From Pedosphaera sp. (GTDB lineage Bacteria > Verrucomicrobiota > Verrucomicrobiia > Limisphaerales > SIBH01), in contig JANOQV010000257.1 of NCBI GenBank assembly GCA_031414955.1, positions 1 to 13,508 of the forward strand: DNA of 13,508 nt, in the 5' to 3' direction. Every line of letters starts with the position of its first letter. Position 1 is the first letter of the stretch. The notes beneath the pieces are model-generated. The model was not told where the DNA came from. It searched no databases and worked only from the letters and a program-made list of their open reading frames with translations. Shown piece after piece: positions 6,311 to 13,508 of the stretch. The translations under genes and the position numbers were made by a program.

Positions 6311-6676
6311 ATGACCATGCAGGGCTCCATCACAGCAGCCCAGCTCAGCGGCCCGACGCCGCAGCCGGATGGCTCGTTCACCTTTGAATTTCGTTTTCGC
6401 GCCGAGGACCCGGTCTTTGCCGGGCACTTCCCCGGCCACCCCATCGTGCCCGGAGTATTTCAGTTGGAGATGGCGCGCCGGGCCACGGAACTGGCCCTGG
6501 GGCGGCGCCTGGCGGTGCGCGAGGTCAGCAAGGCCAAGTTCCAGCGGCCCATCCGGCCAGACGAACTGGTGCGGCTGGATTTGAAATGGTCGGAGAAAGA
6601 CGGCAGCATTCTGGCGCGCGCCCGGTTTTCCGTCGGGGCGCAGCCAGCGGGCGAAACGCAATTACTCTTGTGGTGA
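6311..6676 (+). CDS. Hot-dog fold 3-hydroxyacyl-ACP dehydratase, ApeI/FabZ-like
   Basis: Motif DPVFAGHFPGHPIVPGVFQLE and KFQRPIRP, about 120 aa. Start is ATG 6311 or 6317. Confidence 0.88.
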   Translation: MTMQGSITAAQLSGPTPQPDGSFTFEFRFRAEDPVFAGHFPGHPIVPGVFQLEMARRATELALGRRLAVREVSKAKFQRPIRPDELVRLDLKWSEKDGSILARARFSVGAQPAGETQLLLW

Positions 6677-8334
6677 AACGACTGAAGAAGTGGCTCAGGC
6701 GCATCTTGATTGGCACGGCCGTGCTCGTGCTCGCTGGCTGGCTGGGGAACAAGTGGCTGATCAAGGTCGCGACGGCCCAGCCTCCGCCGCTGCCGGCCGA
6801 CACTTCAATTCTCCAGCTCAAGCCGGAGTCGCGCGATGGCAAAGTCTGGCTTGGCCAGTCCTGGACGAGCCGGCGCGAAGGACTGCTCGTGGTCCGTCTG
6901 AAAGGCACGCCCTTCGAGATGGGCTACGCCTCAGGCGTCCTGCTCACGGACAAGGTGCAGACGCTGGAGAACGAGTTCCTCGACATGATCCGCGGCTACG
7001 TGCCCGAGCAGTGGAAGATCAACATCCTCCAAACCTACGTCCTCTACCGCAACCGCCACTTGAGCGACTGGGTGCCCGAGCCGTACCGGCAGCAGATTCA
7101 CGGGCTGACCCTGGGCTGCCCGGACGCCAACCCGTGGCTGGGCAATTACTACAACCGCTTCCTCAACTATCACGCCGCGCATGATGTCTCCTATATGATG
7201 ATCGACAACCCGCTCGTCTCGAAGGCCGGCTGCACTTCGTTCGGGGCCTGGGGTTCGCAGACCGGCGGGCATCTCGTCACCGGCCGCAATTTCGACTGGG
7301 AGGCCGCCGAGGTTTTCAGCCGCGACCGCGTGGTCATCATGACTGAGCCGGAGGGCGCAATTCCTTTTATTTCCCTGGCCTGGGCGGGCATGGCCGGAGT
7401 CGTTTCGGGCATGAACCGCGCCGGCGTGTCCGTCACTTTGAATGGCGCTCCCTCCAACCTGCCGGGCGAGACGGCCACCCCCGTGGCCATGGTGGCGCGC
7501 AAAATCCTGGAGCAGGCGCACAACCTCGAGGAGGCCTTGAACATTTTGCGCGACGCGAAAGTTTTCGTCTCCACCCTGCTCCTCGTGGGCAGCCGGGCGG
7601 ATGGCAAGTTCGTGGTCGTGGAAAAAACGCCGACGCTCACCCAAGTGCGCGAACCCGCGGGCGAATCGATCCTCTGCGCCAATCACTTCCAGACGGCCGG
7701 ACTCAGGGACGACCCGCGCAACACGAACTACACCGCCGACGCCACCTCCTTGGTGCGCGCCGCCCGGCTGGAGGAACTGATGAAGCAAACGCCCGTGCTC
7801 GACGCGGGACGGGCGGCGGAGCTGTTGCGCGACCGCAAGCTGGCGGGCGGCGTGTTCGCCGGCCACGGCCACCGCTCCACGCTCAATGCCCTGCTCGCGA
7901 CCCATGCCACGATCATGGATTTGACCGACGGCATCTTCTGGGCCGCATCGCCACCAAACCAACTCGGCAAGTTTGTCGCCTTCGACGTGCAGGACTTTGA
8001 CCGCGAGCTTCCCGAACGCGCCCTGGCGGCAGACCCGCTCCTGGCCAGCGGCGAATACGAGAAAGCCCGCCAGTCTCAAAAGGCGCTGGGGGACGGCCAG
8101 CGGGCGCTGCGCCAAGCGCAGGCCGAGGAAGCCCTCAAGCTCGCGAACCAAGCCGAAACGCTGAATCCGGGCTTTTACCAGAACGCGGCCCTGCGCGGGC
8201 GGGCCCTGATGAAGTTGGGGCGCAAGGAAGAGGCCGCGAAAGCCTTCCAGGCCGCGTTGGAAGCCAAGCCGGCCTTTCTCGATGAACGGCGCGATCTCGA
8301 AGTGCTTTGGCAACAAGCCCGCCGCCGCCCATGA
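6673..8334 (+). CDS. C45-family Ntn-hydrolase/acyltransferase (acyl-CoA:6-APA acyltransferase-like) with N-terminal membrane anchor and C-terminal TPR-like helices
   Basis: GTGA overlap with the previous stop, basic plus hydrophobic N-terminus, autoproteolytic G|CTSF nucleophile, GRNFDW, SGMN and NHF motifs. Ends with an Ala-rich TPR-like tail (RGRALMKLGRKEEAAKAFQAALEAKP). Confidence 0.88.
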   Translation: MKRLKKWLRRILIGTAVLVLAGWLGNKWLIKVATAQPPPLPADTSILQLKPESRDGKVWLGQSWTSRREGLLVVRLKGTPFEMGYASGVLLTDKVQTLENEFLDMIRGYVPEQWKINILQTYVLYRNRHLSDWVPEPYRQQIHGLTLGCPDANPWLGNYYNRFLNYHAAHDVSYMMIDNPLVSKAGCTSFGAWGSQTGGHLVTGRNFDWEAAEVFSRDRVVIMTEPEGAIPFISLAWAGMAGVVSGMNRAGVSVTLNGAPSNLPGETATPVAMVARKILEQAHNLEEALNILRDAKVFVSTLLLVGSRADGKFVVVEKTPTLTQVREPAGESILCANHFQTAGLRDDPRNTNYTADATSLVRAARLEELMKQTPVLDAGRAAELLRDRKLAGGVFAGHGHRSTLNALLATHATIMDLTDGIFWAASPPNQLGKFVAFDVQDFDRELPERALAADPLLASGEYEKARQSQKALGDGQRALRQAQAEEALKLANQAETLNPGFYQNAALRGRALMKLGRKEEAAKAFQAALEAKPAFLDERRDLEVLWQQARRRP

Positions 8335-8350
8335 TCGTTTTGCACTCAAC

Positions 8351-9076
8351 ATGGCCGAACTGAGGCAACAACCGCGGGCGACCAGGTCGCTCTTGCTGAT
8401 TCAGAGGCTGCTGGGCCTGGGCTGTCACCTCGCCCTGGCCGTGCCTTATCTCCGGCGTGCGCCGGGCCTGGAGCGCCTCCGGCGAACTCAACGATATCTC
8501 TTCGTCATCAACCACGTCAGCCTGCTCGACACCATCCTGCTCGGCGGGCTGGCCTGGCGTTCCGGCTGTCTCCCGATCCTCGTCTTGGGCGACAAGAACG
8601 TCTGGCACTCCTCCTGGTTCAAACGCATCCTAAGCCGCCCCATCGGGTTTCTGCTCGAACGCGGGAAATTGAATCCCAACCGCATCCGGGAGTTGCACGC
8701 TTTCGGCCGCGCCGGGCAGGATTTTCATCTCCTCGTGTTTCCGGAAGGCACCCGCGGCGACGGTCTCACCGTAGCCGAGTGCCAGCCCGGCATCTACTTC
8801 ATCGCCCAGGAGGCGCAGTTGCCCATCGTGCCCGTGTTCATCGAGAATATGCAGCTCATCTCGACCAAGACCGGGCGGTTCCATCTCTTCGCCGGCTGGC
8901 GCAAGGTCGTGGTGCATTATGGGAAACCAATTGTGCCCGAAGTTTACGCTCCCATGCCGCGCCAGGAATTCACCGATTTTATCCGGCGGAGCATCGCCCT
9001 GGCCGGCGGCGCAGGCGGGAAAGACCCGGCCCCGAGCGACTCCGCATCCGCGCAGGGAAGCCCCGCCCGTTTGTAA
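8351..9076 (+). CDS. Lysophospholipid/glycerol acyltransferase (PlsC/LPLAT family)
   Basis: NHVSLLD (HX4D), VFPEGTR and PIVPV motifs. ATG 8351 lies 16 bp after the upstream stop. Confidence 0.9.
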   Translation: MAELRQQPRATRSLLLIQRLLGLGCHLALAVPYLRRAPGLERLRRTQRYLFVINHVSLLDTILLGGLAWRSGCLPILVLGDKNVWHSSWFKRILSRPIGFLLERGKLNPNRIRELHAFGRAGQDFHLLVFPEGTRGDGLTVAECQPGIYFIAQEAQLPIVPVFIENMQLISTKTGRFHLFAGWRKVVVHYGKPIVPEVYAPMPRQEFTDFIRRSIALAGGAGGKDPAPSDSASAQGSPARL

Positions 9077-9181
9077 CGCCCACCCCACGGCCAAGCCGCC
9101 GACTCATGCGCGCCGCGCTTCAACTTCTGCTGCCGACAACTGAGCACTGACAACCCTCCCGCGACCCACTACAACTCCCCC

Positions 9182-10210
9182 ATGCAACGCGTCCTCATCC
9201 TGTTCGCCCTCGGCTGGGCCTGCGCCGCCCACGCCGCGAACTACAAACTGAACCTCTTCATCTGGAGCGAATACATCGACCCCGCCATCATCACCGAGTT
9301 CGAGAAACGCTTCGACACCAAGGTCGTCATGGACTTCTACGAGGACGATTCGAGCATGATGGCCAAGCTCCAGGGCGGCGGCTCCGCGCAATACGACGTC
9401 ATCGTGCCGCCCGACCACATCGTGCCCGCGCTGATCAAGCTCAAGCTCGTCGCGCCCTTGCGGCACGAGAACATTTCCAACCTGCGCAACATCGACGAGC
9501 GCTTCGCCAGTCCGTGGTATGACCCGAGCAATCAATTCACCGTGCCCTACCAGTGGGGCACGCTCGGCATTTACGCGCGCAAGACCGGCGACCAGCCGCT
9601 CGCGGAATCATGGGCGCTGCTCTTCGACGCGAAGCAACAGCCGGGACCGTTCGTGCTCATCGACTCCATGCGCGATGCGCTCGGCGCGGCACTCAAGTTC
9701 AAGGGCTTCAGCATGAACAGCTCGAACAAGGCGGAACTCGCCGCCGCGCGCGACGTGCTCATCGAAGCCAAGAAACGCTCGCGGGGATTCGAGGGCGGCG
9801 TGGGCGGGAAGAATCGCGTGCTCGCCAAGGAAGCCGCCGTCGCCATGTCTTACAGCGGCGACGCCATGCGCGGCATCAAGGAAGACCCCGACACCGTTTA
9901 CATCATTCCCAAGGAAGGCAGCGAAATCTGGATGGACAACCTTGCCATCTGCGCCCGCGCGCCGCACCGCATCGTGGCCGAGAAGTTCCTCAACTACATC
10001 CTCGAAGCGCAGGTCGGCGCGCGCCTGGCCGACTTCAATCAATACGCCACGCCCAACAAAACCGCCCGCGCCCACGTCCACCCCGACAACCTGAACAACC
10101 CGCTCATCTACCCGCCCGCCGACGTGATGCGCCGCCTCGAATTCCTCCGCCCCCTCGGCAAAGACACCCGCCTCTACGACGAAGTGTGGACGCAGGTGAA
10201 GGCGAAGTGA
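9182..10210 (+). CDS. potD: Spermidine/putrescine ABC transporter substrate-binding protein (PotD/PotF family)
   Basis: Signal peptide ending AHA, then LNLFIWSEYIDP, YDVIVP, VPYQWGTLGI, SYSGDA, IPKEGSEIWMDN and AEKFLNYIL. Confidence 0.92.
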   Translation: MQRVLILFALGWACAAHAANYKLNLFIWSEYIDPAIITEFEKRFDTKVVMDFYEDDSSMMAKLQGGGSAQYDVIVPPDHIVPALIKLKLVAPLRHENISNLRNIDERFASPWYDPSNQFTVPYQWGTLGIYARKTGDQPLAESWALLFDAKQQPGPFVLIDSMRDALGAALKFKGFSMNSSNKAELAAARDVLIEAKKRSRGFEGGVGGKNRVLAKEAAVAMSYSGDAMRGIKEDPDTVYIIPKEGSEIWMDNLAICARAPHRIVAEKFLNYILEAQVGARLADFNQYATPNKTARAHVHPDNLNNPLIYPPADVMRRLEFLRPLGKDTRLYDEVWTQVKAK

Positions 10211-10277
10211 GGGGATGGAGCCGTGGCCAAAGCAGCTTCTGCATTCGTGGCCGGCCTGATGGAATCGATGACCGCTT

Positions 10278-10337
10278 CCCCCTCACCCCAGCCCTCACCC
10301 CAGCCCTCTCCTCCTTCCTTCGTCAGAAGGAGAGGGG
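10278..10337. repeat. CCCTCACCCC..CCCTCTCC..GGAGAGGG-type palindromic repeat with a 12-bp tandem duplication
   Basis: CCCTCACCCCAG twice (10280-10291, 10292-10303), then an imperfect hairpin CCCTCTCCTCCTTC / GAAGGAGAGGG. Confidence 0.75.
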
Positions 10338-10379
10338 GAAAGACCAATGAAACCGGACGTGCCATGACATGTGTAGATA

Positions 10380-10517
10380 CCAATGGCGTGAGCCGTGGGT
10401 TCAGACGCGGGAGCACGCCAGCCCCAGCGGGGCGATAGACCCTCCCGGCCGGGCCGATTCTTTCGCCCCGCTGGGGCTGGGTTGGCCTGCCCGCCACCCC
10501 ACGGCTTACGCCGTGGG
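10380..10517. repeat. Composite imperfect palindrome with the same nested design as 3375-3571
   Basis: 10418-10438 vs 10460-10480 inverted (20/21); 10380-10399 vs 10498-10517 inverted (17/20). Confidence 0.85.
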
Positions 10518-10726
10518 CTATGCTCTGCCGCCGCTCTGCGGCTGTCGGCCTGTCCGCTTCCCAAGAACAGAGTCAAGTTGCGCGCGACCCGCCCCGGTGA
10601 ATAACTTCTGCTTTTTCGGACTTGCGTCTTCGGGAGCCACCGCGCCAATGATTCAACCGTAGCCCGCCGTTTCTCCCAGATGGCAGTTTGAAGCACCAAA
10701 AACAAAAATCCCCACTCATCACCAAT

Positions 10727-13333
10727 ATGAAAAAAACCTCCCTCCTCGTCGGGCTGTGCCTGGTTCTCGCCGCGCCTCTCGCGCTCGCCCAAGGCACAGC
10801 GTTCACCTATCAAGGCCGTCTCAACAACGGCACCAACCCGGCGAATGGCACCTACGATCTGACCTTTGCCCTCTTCAGCGTCAGTGGCGGTGCCGGACAA
10901 GTCGGACCCAATGTGACCAACAGCGCCGTGGCCATCAGCAACGGGCTCTTCACCGTGGCACTCGATTTTGGCGCGAACTTTCCCGGCGCAAACCGCTGGC
11001 TGGAGATCGGCGTGCGGACGAACGGCGCGGGCGCGTTCACCACGCTCACCCCGCGCCAGAAACTGACCGCTGCGCCTTACGCCATCACGGCCAGCAACCT
11101 GAGCGGTCCCTTGTCCAGCGCCAGCCTGAGCGGCACTTACACCGGGGCCATCACGCTGAACAACGCGGGCAACAGTTTCTCCGGCAGCGGCGCGGGGTTG
11201 ACGGGCGTGAACGCCATCACCCTCGGTGGCTTCGGGGCGGATAGCTTCTGGCGCTTGCTCGGCAACGGCGGCACCACAGCGGGCCTGAATTTCCTCGGCA
11301 CCACGGACGACCAGCCGTTGGAATTCAAGGTGAACAACACGCGCGCCTTTCGCTTGGAACCCAACGCGACCAGTCCGAATGTGATCGGTGGTTACTCGGG
11401 AAATGCAGTGATTGGTGGGGCCGTCGGAGCCACGATCGCCGGCGGCGGCAGCAGCGGTGCGGAGAACATCATCTCAGATGTCTCTGGCAGCTTTGGCACC
11501 ATTGGCGGAGGAGCGGGTAATTACGTCTGGGACTGGATATATGGCTTCGGAACTATTGCTGGTGGCCAATCCAACCAGGCGCTCTCTCGGTATTCTTCGA
11601 TTTCAGGCGGAAAGGCAAATAGAACGTATGGCAGCTACGATTCTATTGGCGGGGGCGTTGGCAATATTACGACCGAGTGGGATGGAAGCGGTGGCGGCTA
11701 TGGTTCAATTGGTGGCGGCGCTGGGAACGGGATTCATGGCTTGTACGCGACGATTGGTGGTGGTGAGAGTAATAACATTTACAACGGCATAGGAGTGACA
11801 ATTGCCGGCGGCTCGGGCAATGCCAGCGGGGCGAGCGGTTCAACGATCGGAGGTGGCGGTGGGAATCTTATCGATGGGTACTACCTGGGTAATCCACCTT
11901 CGGCCTACAACGCCGTGATAGCCGGTGGATCTGGCAACGTGATTAGTTTTGGAGGGTCTGGTGCAACAATTTCCGGCGGATCAAAGAATAACATCGAGAC
12001 TGCGGATTGGGATTTGCCTCCGTGGGGTGCAGTAGTTGGAGGCGGTCGAAGCAATCTTGTTAGCGCCTCTCATGGCACTGTTTCAGGTGGCGAGATCAAT
12101 GCCGCGATAAATGCCTACTCGACGGTTGGCGGCGGTCGCGAAAACGTCGCCGGAGGTTTCAGTGCCACGGTTGCTGGTGGAACCAACAACAATGCAATTT
12201 CGGACGGATCCAGCATCGGCGGTGGATCAGGCAATTCGATTCCCTCTCAGGGTGCTCCTCACGGAACGATCGCGGGAGGGGAACAAAACACATTGGGTTG
12301 CGGTGGCGGCCCTGGGTGTTCGGGGCATTTTTCGGTTGTGGGCGGTGGTTTCAGCAACACGCTTTACGACACATACAGCGTCATAGCGGGCGGAGCCGAA
12401 AACATCGTTTTTGGCAATATGGGTCAGGGTGGAGTCGTTATCGGTGGTGGAGTTGGCAATCGAATTACAAGGGGGTTCACCGATGGTAGTTGTTCAACGC
12501 TGAGTGGAGGACTCGGAAACTCTATCGAAAGCGGGACTCGTGGGACGATCAGTGGTGGTGAAAGCAACTCAATGGGAGGGCACCGATGGGGCACAATCAG
12601 CGGAGGGGCGTATAACAGGAGTGGAGCTCTGGGAGGAACGATAGGCGGTGGCGCGAACAATTTAATCCAAGGGGTGGTCGATCTCGGCGTCAATTATCCG
12701 AATTATTGTTCCACAATTTCCGGCGGGTCGCAGAACACAATAGAGGAAAGTTCCTTCGATCCCGGTTTTGGAGCATCCACAATCGCGGGAGGTTCAACCA
12801 ACCACATTGCCAGAAACCTCGGCGGCACTTCCATTGGTGGCGGAATGGGAAATGTCGCAGGTCGAAGCTTCAGTACCATCCCCGGCGGGCTTCAGGCGAT
12901 GACCACTAGCTACGGCCAGATGGCCTATGCCAGCGGGCAATTCGCCAACACCGGCGACGCCCAGACCTCGACGTATGTCACGCGCGGCACAACTACTACC
13001 GCCAACCTCACCGAGTTGTTTCTTGACGGGACTGGGCAGCGCATGGTCATCCCCGTGAACTCCACCTGGGTCTTCGAAGTCTTCGTGGCCGGTCGTTCCT
13101 CCACCGGGAACTCGGCGGGCTACCAGATTCGCGGCACGATCAAGAATAACGGCGGCACCACTTCCTTTGTGGGTCTCACCTCATTCTCGGCGCTCGGCTC
13201 GGACGTTCCGGCCTGGGATGCGAGCGTGGCGGCGGATAACGCGAACGACGCCTTGCGCGTCCAGGTGAACGGCTCGGCCGGGAACACGGTGCGCTGGGTC
13301 GCCACCGTGCGCACCACGGAAGTGAGCTTCTGA
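10727..13333 (+). CDS. Exported fibre/adhesin-like protein (868 aa) with Gly-rich beta-roll repeats
   Basis: Sec signal MKKTSLL...ALA, then an N-terminal domain AFTYQGRL...GLFTVALDFG...RWLEIGVR...PRQKLTAAPYA. About 29 repeats of (T/S/V)(I/V)xGGxxN between ~11380 and 12900, and a beta-rich C-terminal domain ending RWVATVRTTEVSF. Confidence 0.85.
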   Translation: MKKTSLLVGLCLVLAAPLALAQGTAFTYQGRLNNGTNPANGTYDLTFALFSVSGGAGQVGPNVTNSAVAISNGLFTVALDFGANFPGANRWLEIGVRTNGAGAFTTLTPRQKLTAAPYAITASNLSGPLSSASLSGTYTGAITLNNAGNSFSGSGAGLTGVNAITLGGFGADSFWRLLGNGGTTAGLNFLGTTDDQPLEFKVNNTRAFRLEPNATSPNVIGGYSGNAVIGGAVGATIAGGGSSGAENIISDVSGSFGTIGGGAGNYVWDWIYGFGTIAGGQSNQALSRYSSISGGKANRTYGSYDSIGGGVGNITTEWDGSGGGYGSIGGGAGNGIHGLYATIGGGESNNIYNGIGVTIAGGSGNASGASGSTIGGGGGNLIDGYYLGNPPSAYNAVIAGGSGNVISFGGSGATISGGSKNNIETADWDLPPWGAVVGGGRSNLVSASHGTVSGGEINAAINAYSTVGGGRENVAGGFSATVAGGTNNNAISDGSSIGGGSGNSIPSQGAPHGTIAGGEQNTLGCGGGPGCSGHFSVVGGGFSNTLYDTYSVIAGGAENIVFGNMGQGGVVIGGGVGNRITRGFTDGSCSTLSGGLGNSIESGTRGTISGGESNSMGGHRWGTISGGAYNRSGALGGTIGGGANNLIQGVVDLGVNYPNYCSTISGGSQNTIEESSFDPGFGASTIAGGSTNHIARNLGGTSIGGGMGNVAGRSFSTIPGGLQAMTTSYGQMAYASGQFANTGDAQTSTYVTRGTTTTANLTELFLDGTGQRMVIPVNSTWVFEVFVAGRSSTGNSAGYQIRGTIKNNGGTTSFVGLTSFSALGSDVPAWDASVAADNANDALRVQVNGSAGNTVRWVATVRTTEVSF

Positions 13334-13345
13334 GGGAGGCACATC

Positions 13346-13508
13346 ATGAAACCAAATTCTGATTCAAAATGGCCGCGGTCCGCTGCTGGCTTCCCTCTCC
13401 CCCACACGGGGAGAGATTCCACGAGTTGCCAATGCGCGCGATTTGTTCCCCTGAACCGGGCGGAGCGCCGGCGTCCTCGCCGGCTTGGCGCGTGCGGATA
13501 CCCAAAGC
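13346..13508 (+). CDS. Possible partial ORF running off the window
   Basis: GGAGG followed by ATG 13346, and the frame is open to the window end (MKPNSDSKWPRSAAGFPLP...). It passes through REP-like hairpins, so it may be non-coding. Confidence 0.3.
   Translation, partial: MKPNSDSKWPRSAAGFPLPHTGRDSTSCQCARFVPLNRAERRRPRRLGACGYPK
13392..13484. repeat. Two REP-like hairpins
   Basis: TCTCCCC-CACAC-GGGGAGA near 13396-13414, and GGAGC-GCCGGCG-TCCT-CGCCGGC near 13462-13484 (GGAG plus hairpin, like the units at 6226-6296). Confidence 0.6.

Noticed and set aside
5082..6314. 410-aa plus-strand ORF
   Set aside because: Antisense to thiH and out of frame with the lipoprotein gene, with no motifs; a GC-rich shadow ORF.
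6931..8352. 473-aa minus-strand ORF and other long overlapping ORFs (e.g. 9553-10350, 4807-5403)
   Set aside because: They overlap well-supported genes and show shadow-frame composition with no family motifs.
10560..10660. Promoter for the fibre-like gene
   Set aside because: TTGCGC/TTGCGT hexamers are present, but there is no convincing -10 at 16-18 bp spacing.
10727..13333. Diversity-generating retroelement target
   Set aside because: No reverse transcriptase and no template/variable repeat pair differing at adenines in the window. The DR1 and DR2 mismatches are also not adenine-specific.

Overview
GC-rich bacterial DNA. The repeat types and protein families suggest a Verrucomicrobiota/PVC-group genome, which is an inference. 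The left 5.6 kb looks like a compact defence/accessory island. It holds a RelE/YafQ-type toxin-antitoxin pair bracketed by ~135-bp diverged direct repeats, then a three-gene operon: a DpnA-like beta-class DNA methyltransferase, a PD-(D/E)xK nuclease and a 179-aa protein of unknown function. Next is an AAA_14/DUF4143-type ATPase gene bracketed by two copies of the last ~134 bp of thiH, and the main thiH copy is missing its 5' part. The right part holds a four-gene acyl-lipid tailoring operon (lipoprotein, ApeI/FabZ-like dehydratase, C45 Ntn-hydrolase with TPRs, PlsC-type acyltransferase), an orphan PotD/PotF-like binding protein, and an 868-aa exported fibre-like protein whose Gly-rich repeat core has different codon usage from its ends. 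Several palindromic REP-like elements fill the intergenic spaces. The most interesting points are (i) two independent accessory cassettes, each flanked by similar-sized gene-end duplications whose internal substitutions are synonymous and whose right boundaries share CGGGTG, and (ii) the unknown third gene of the R-M operon. All family assignments come from motif recognition by eye; no searches were run.
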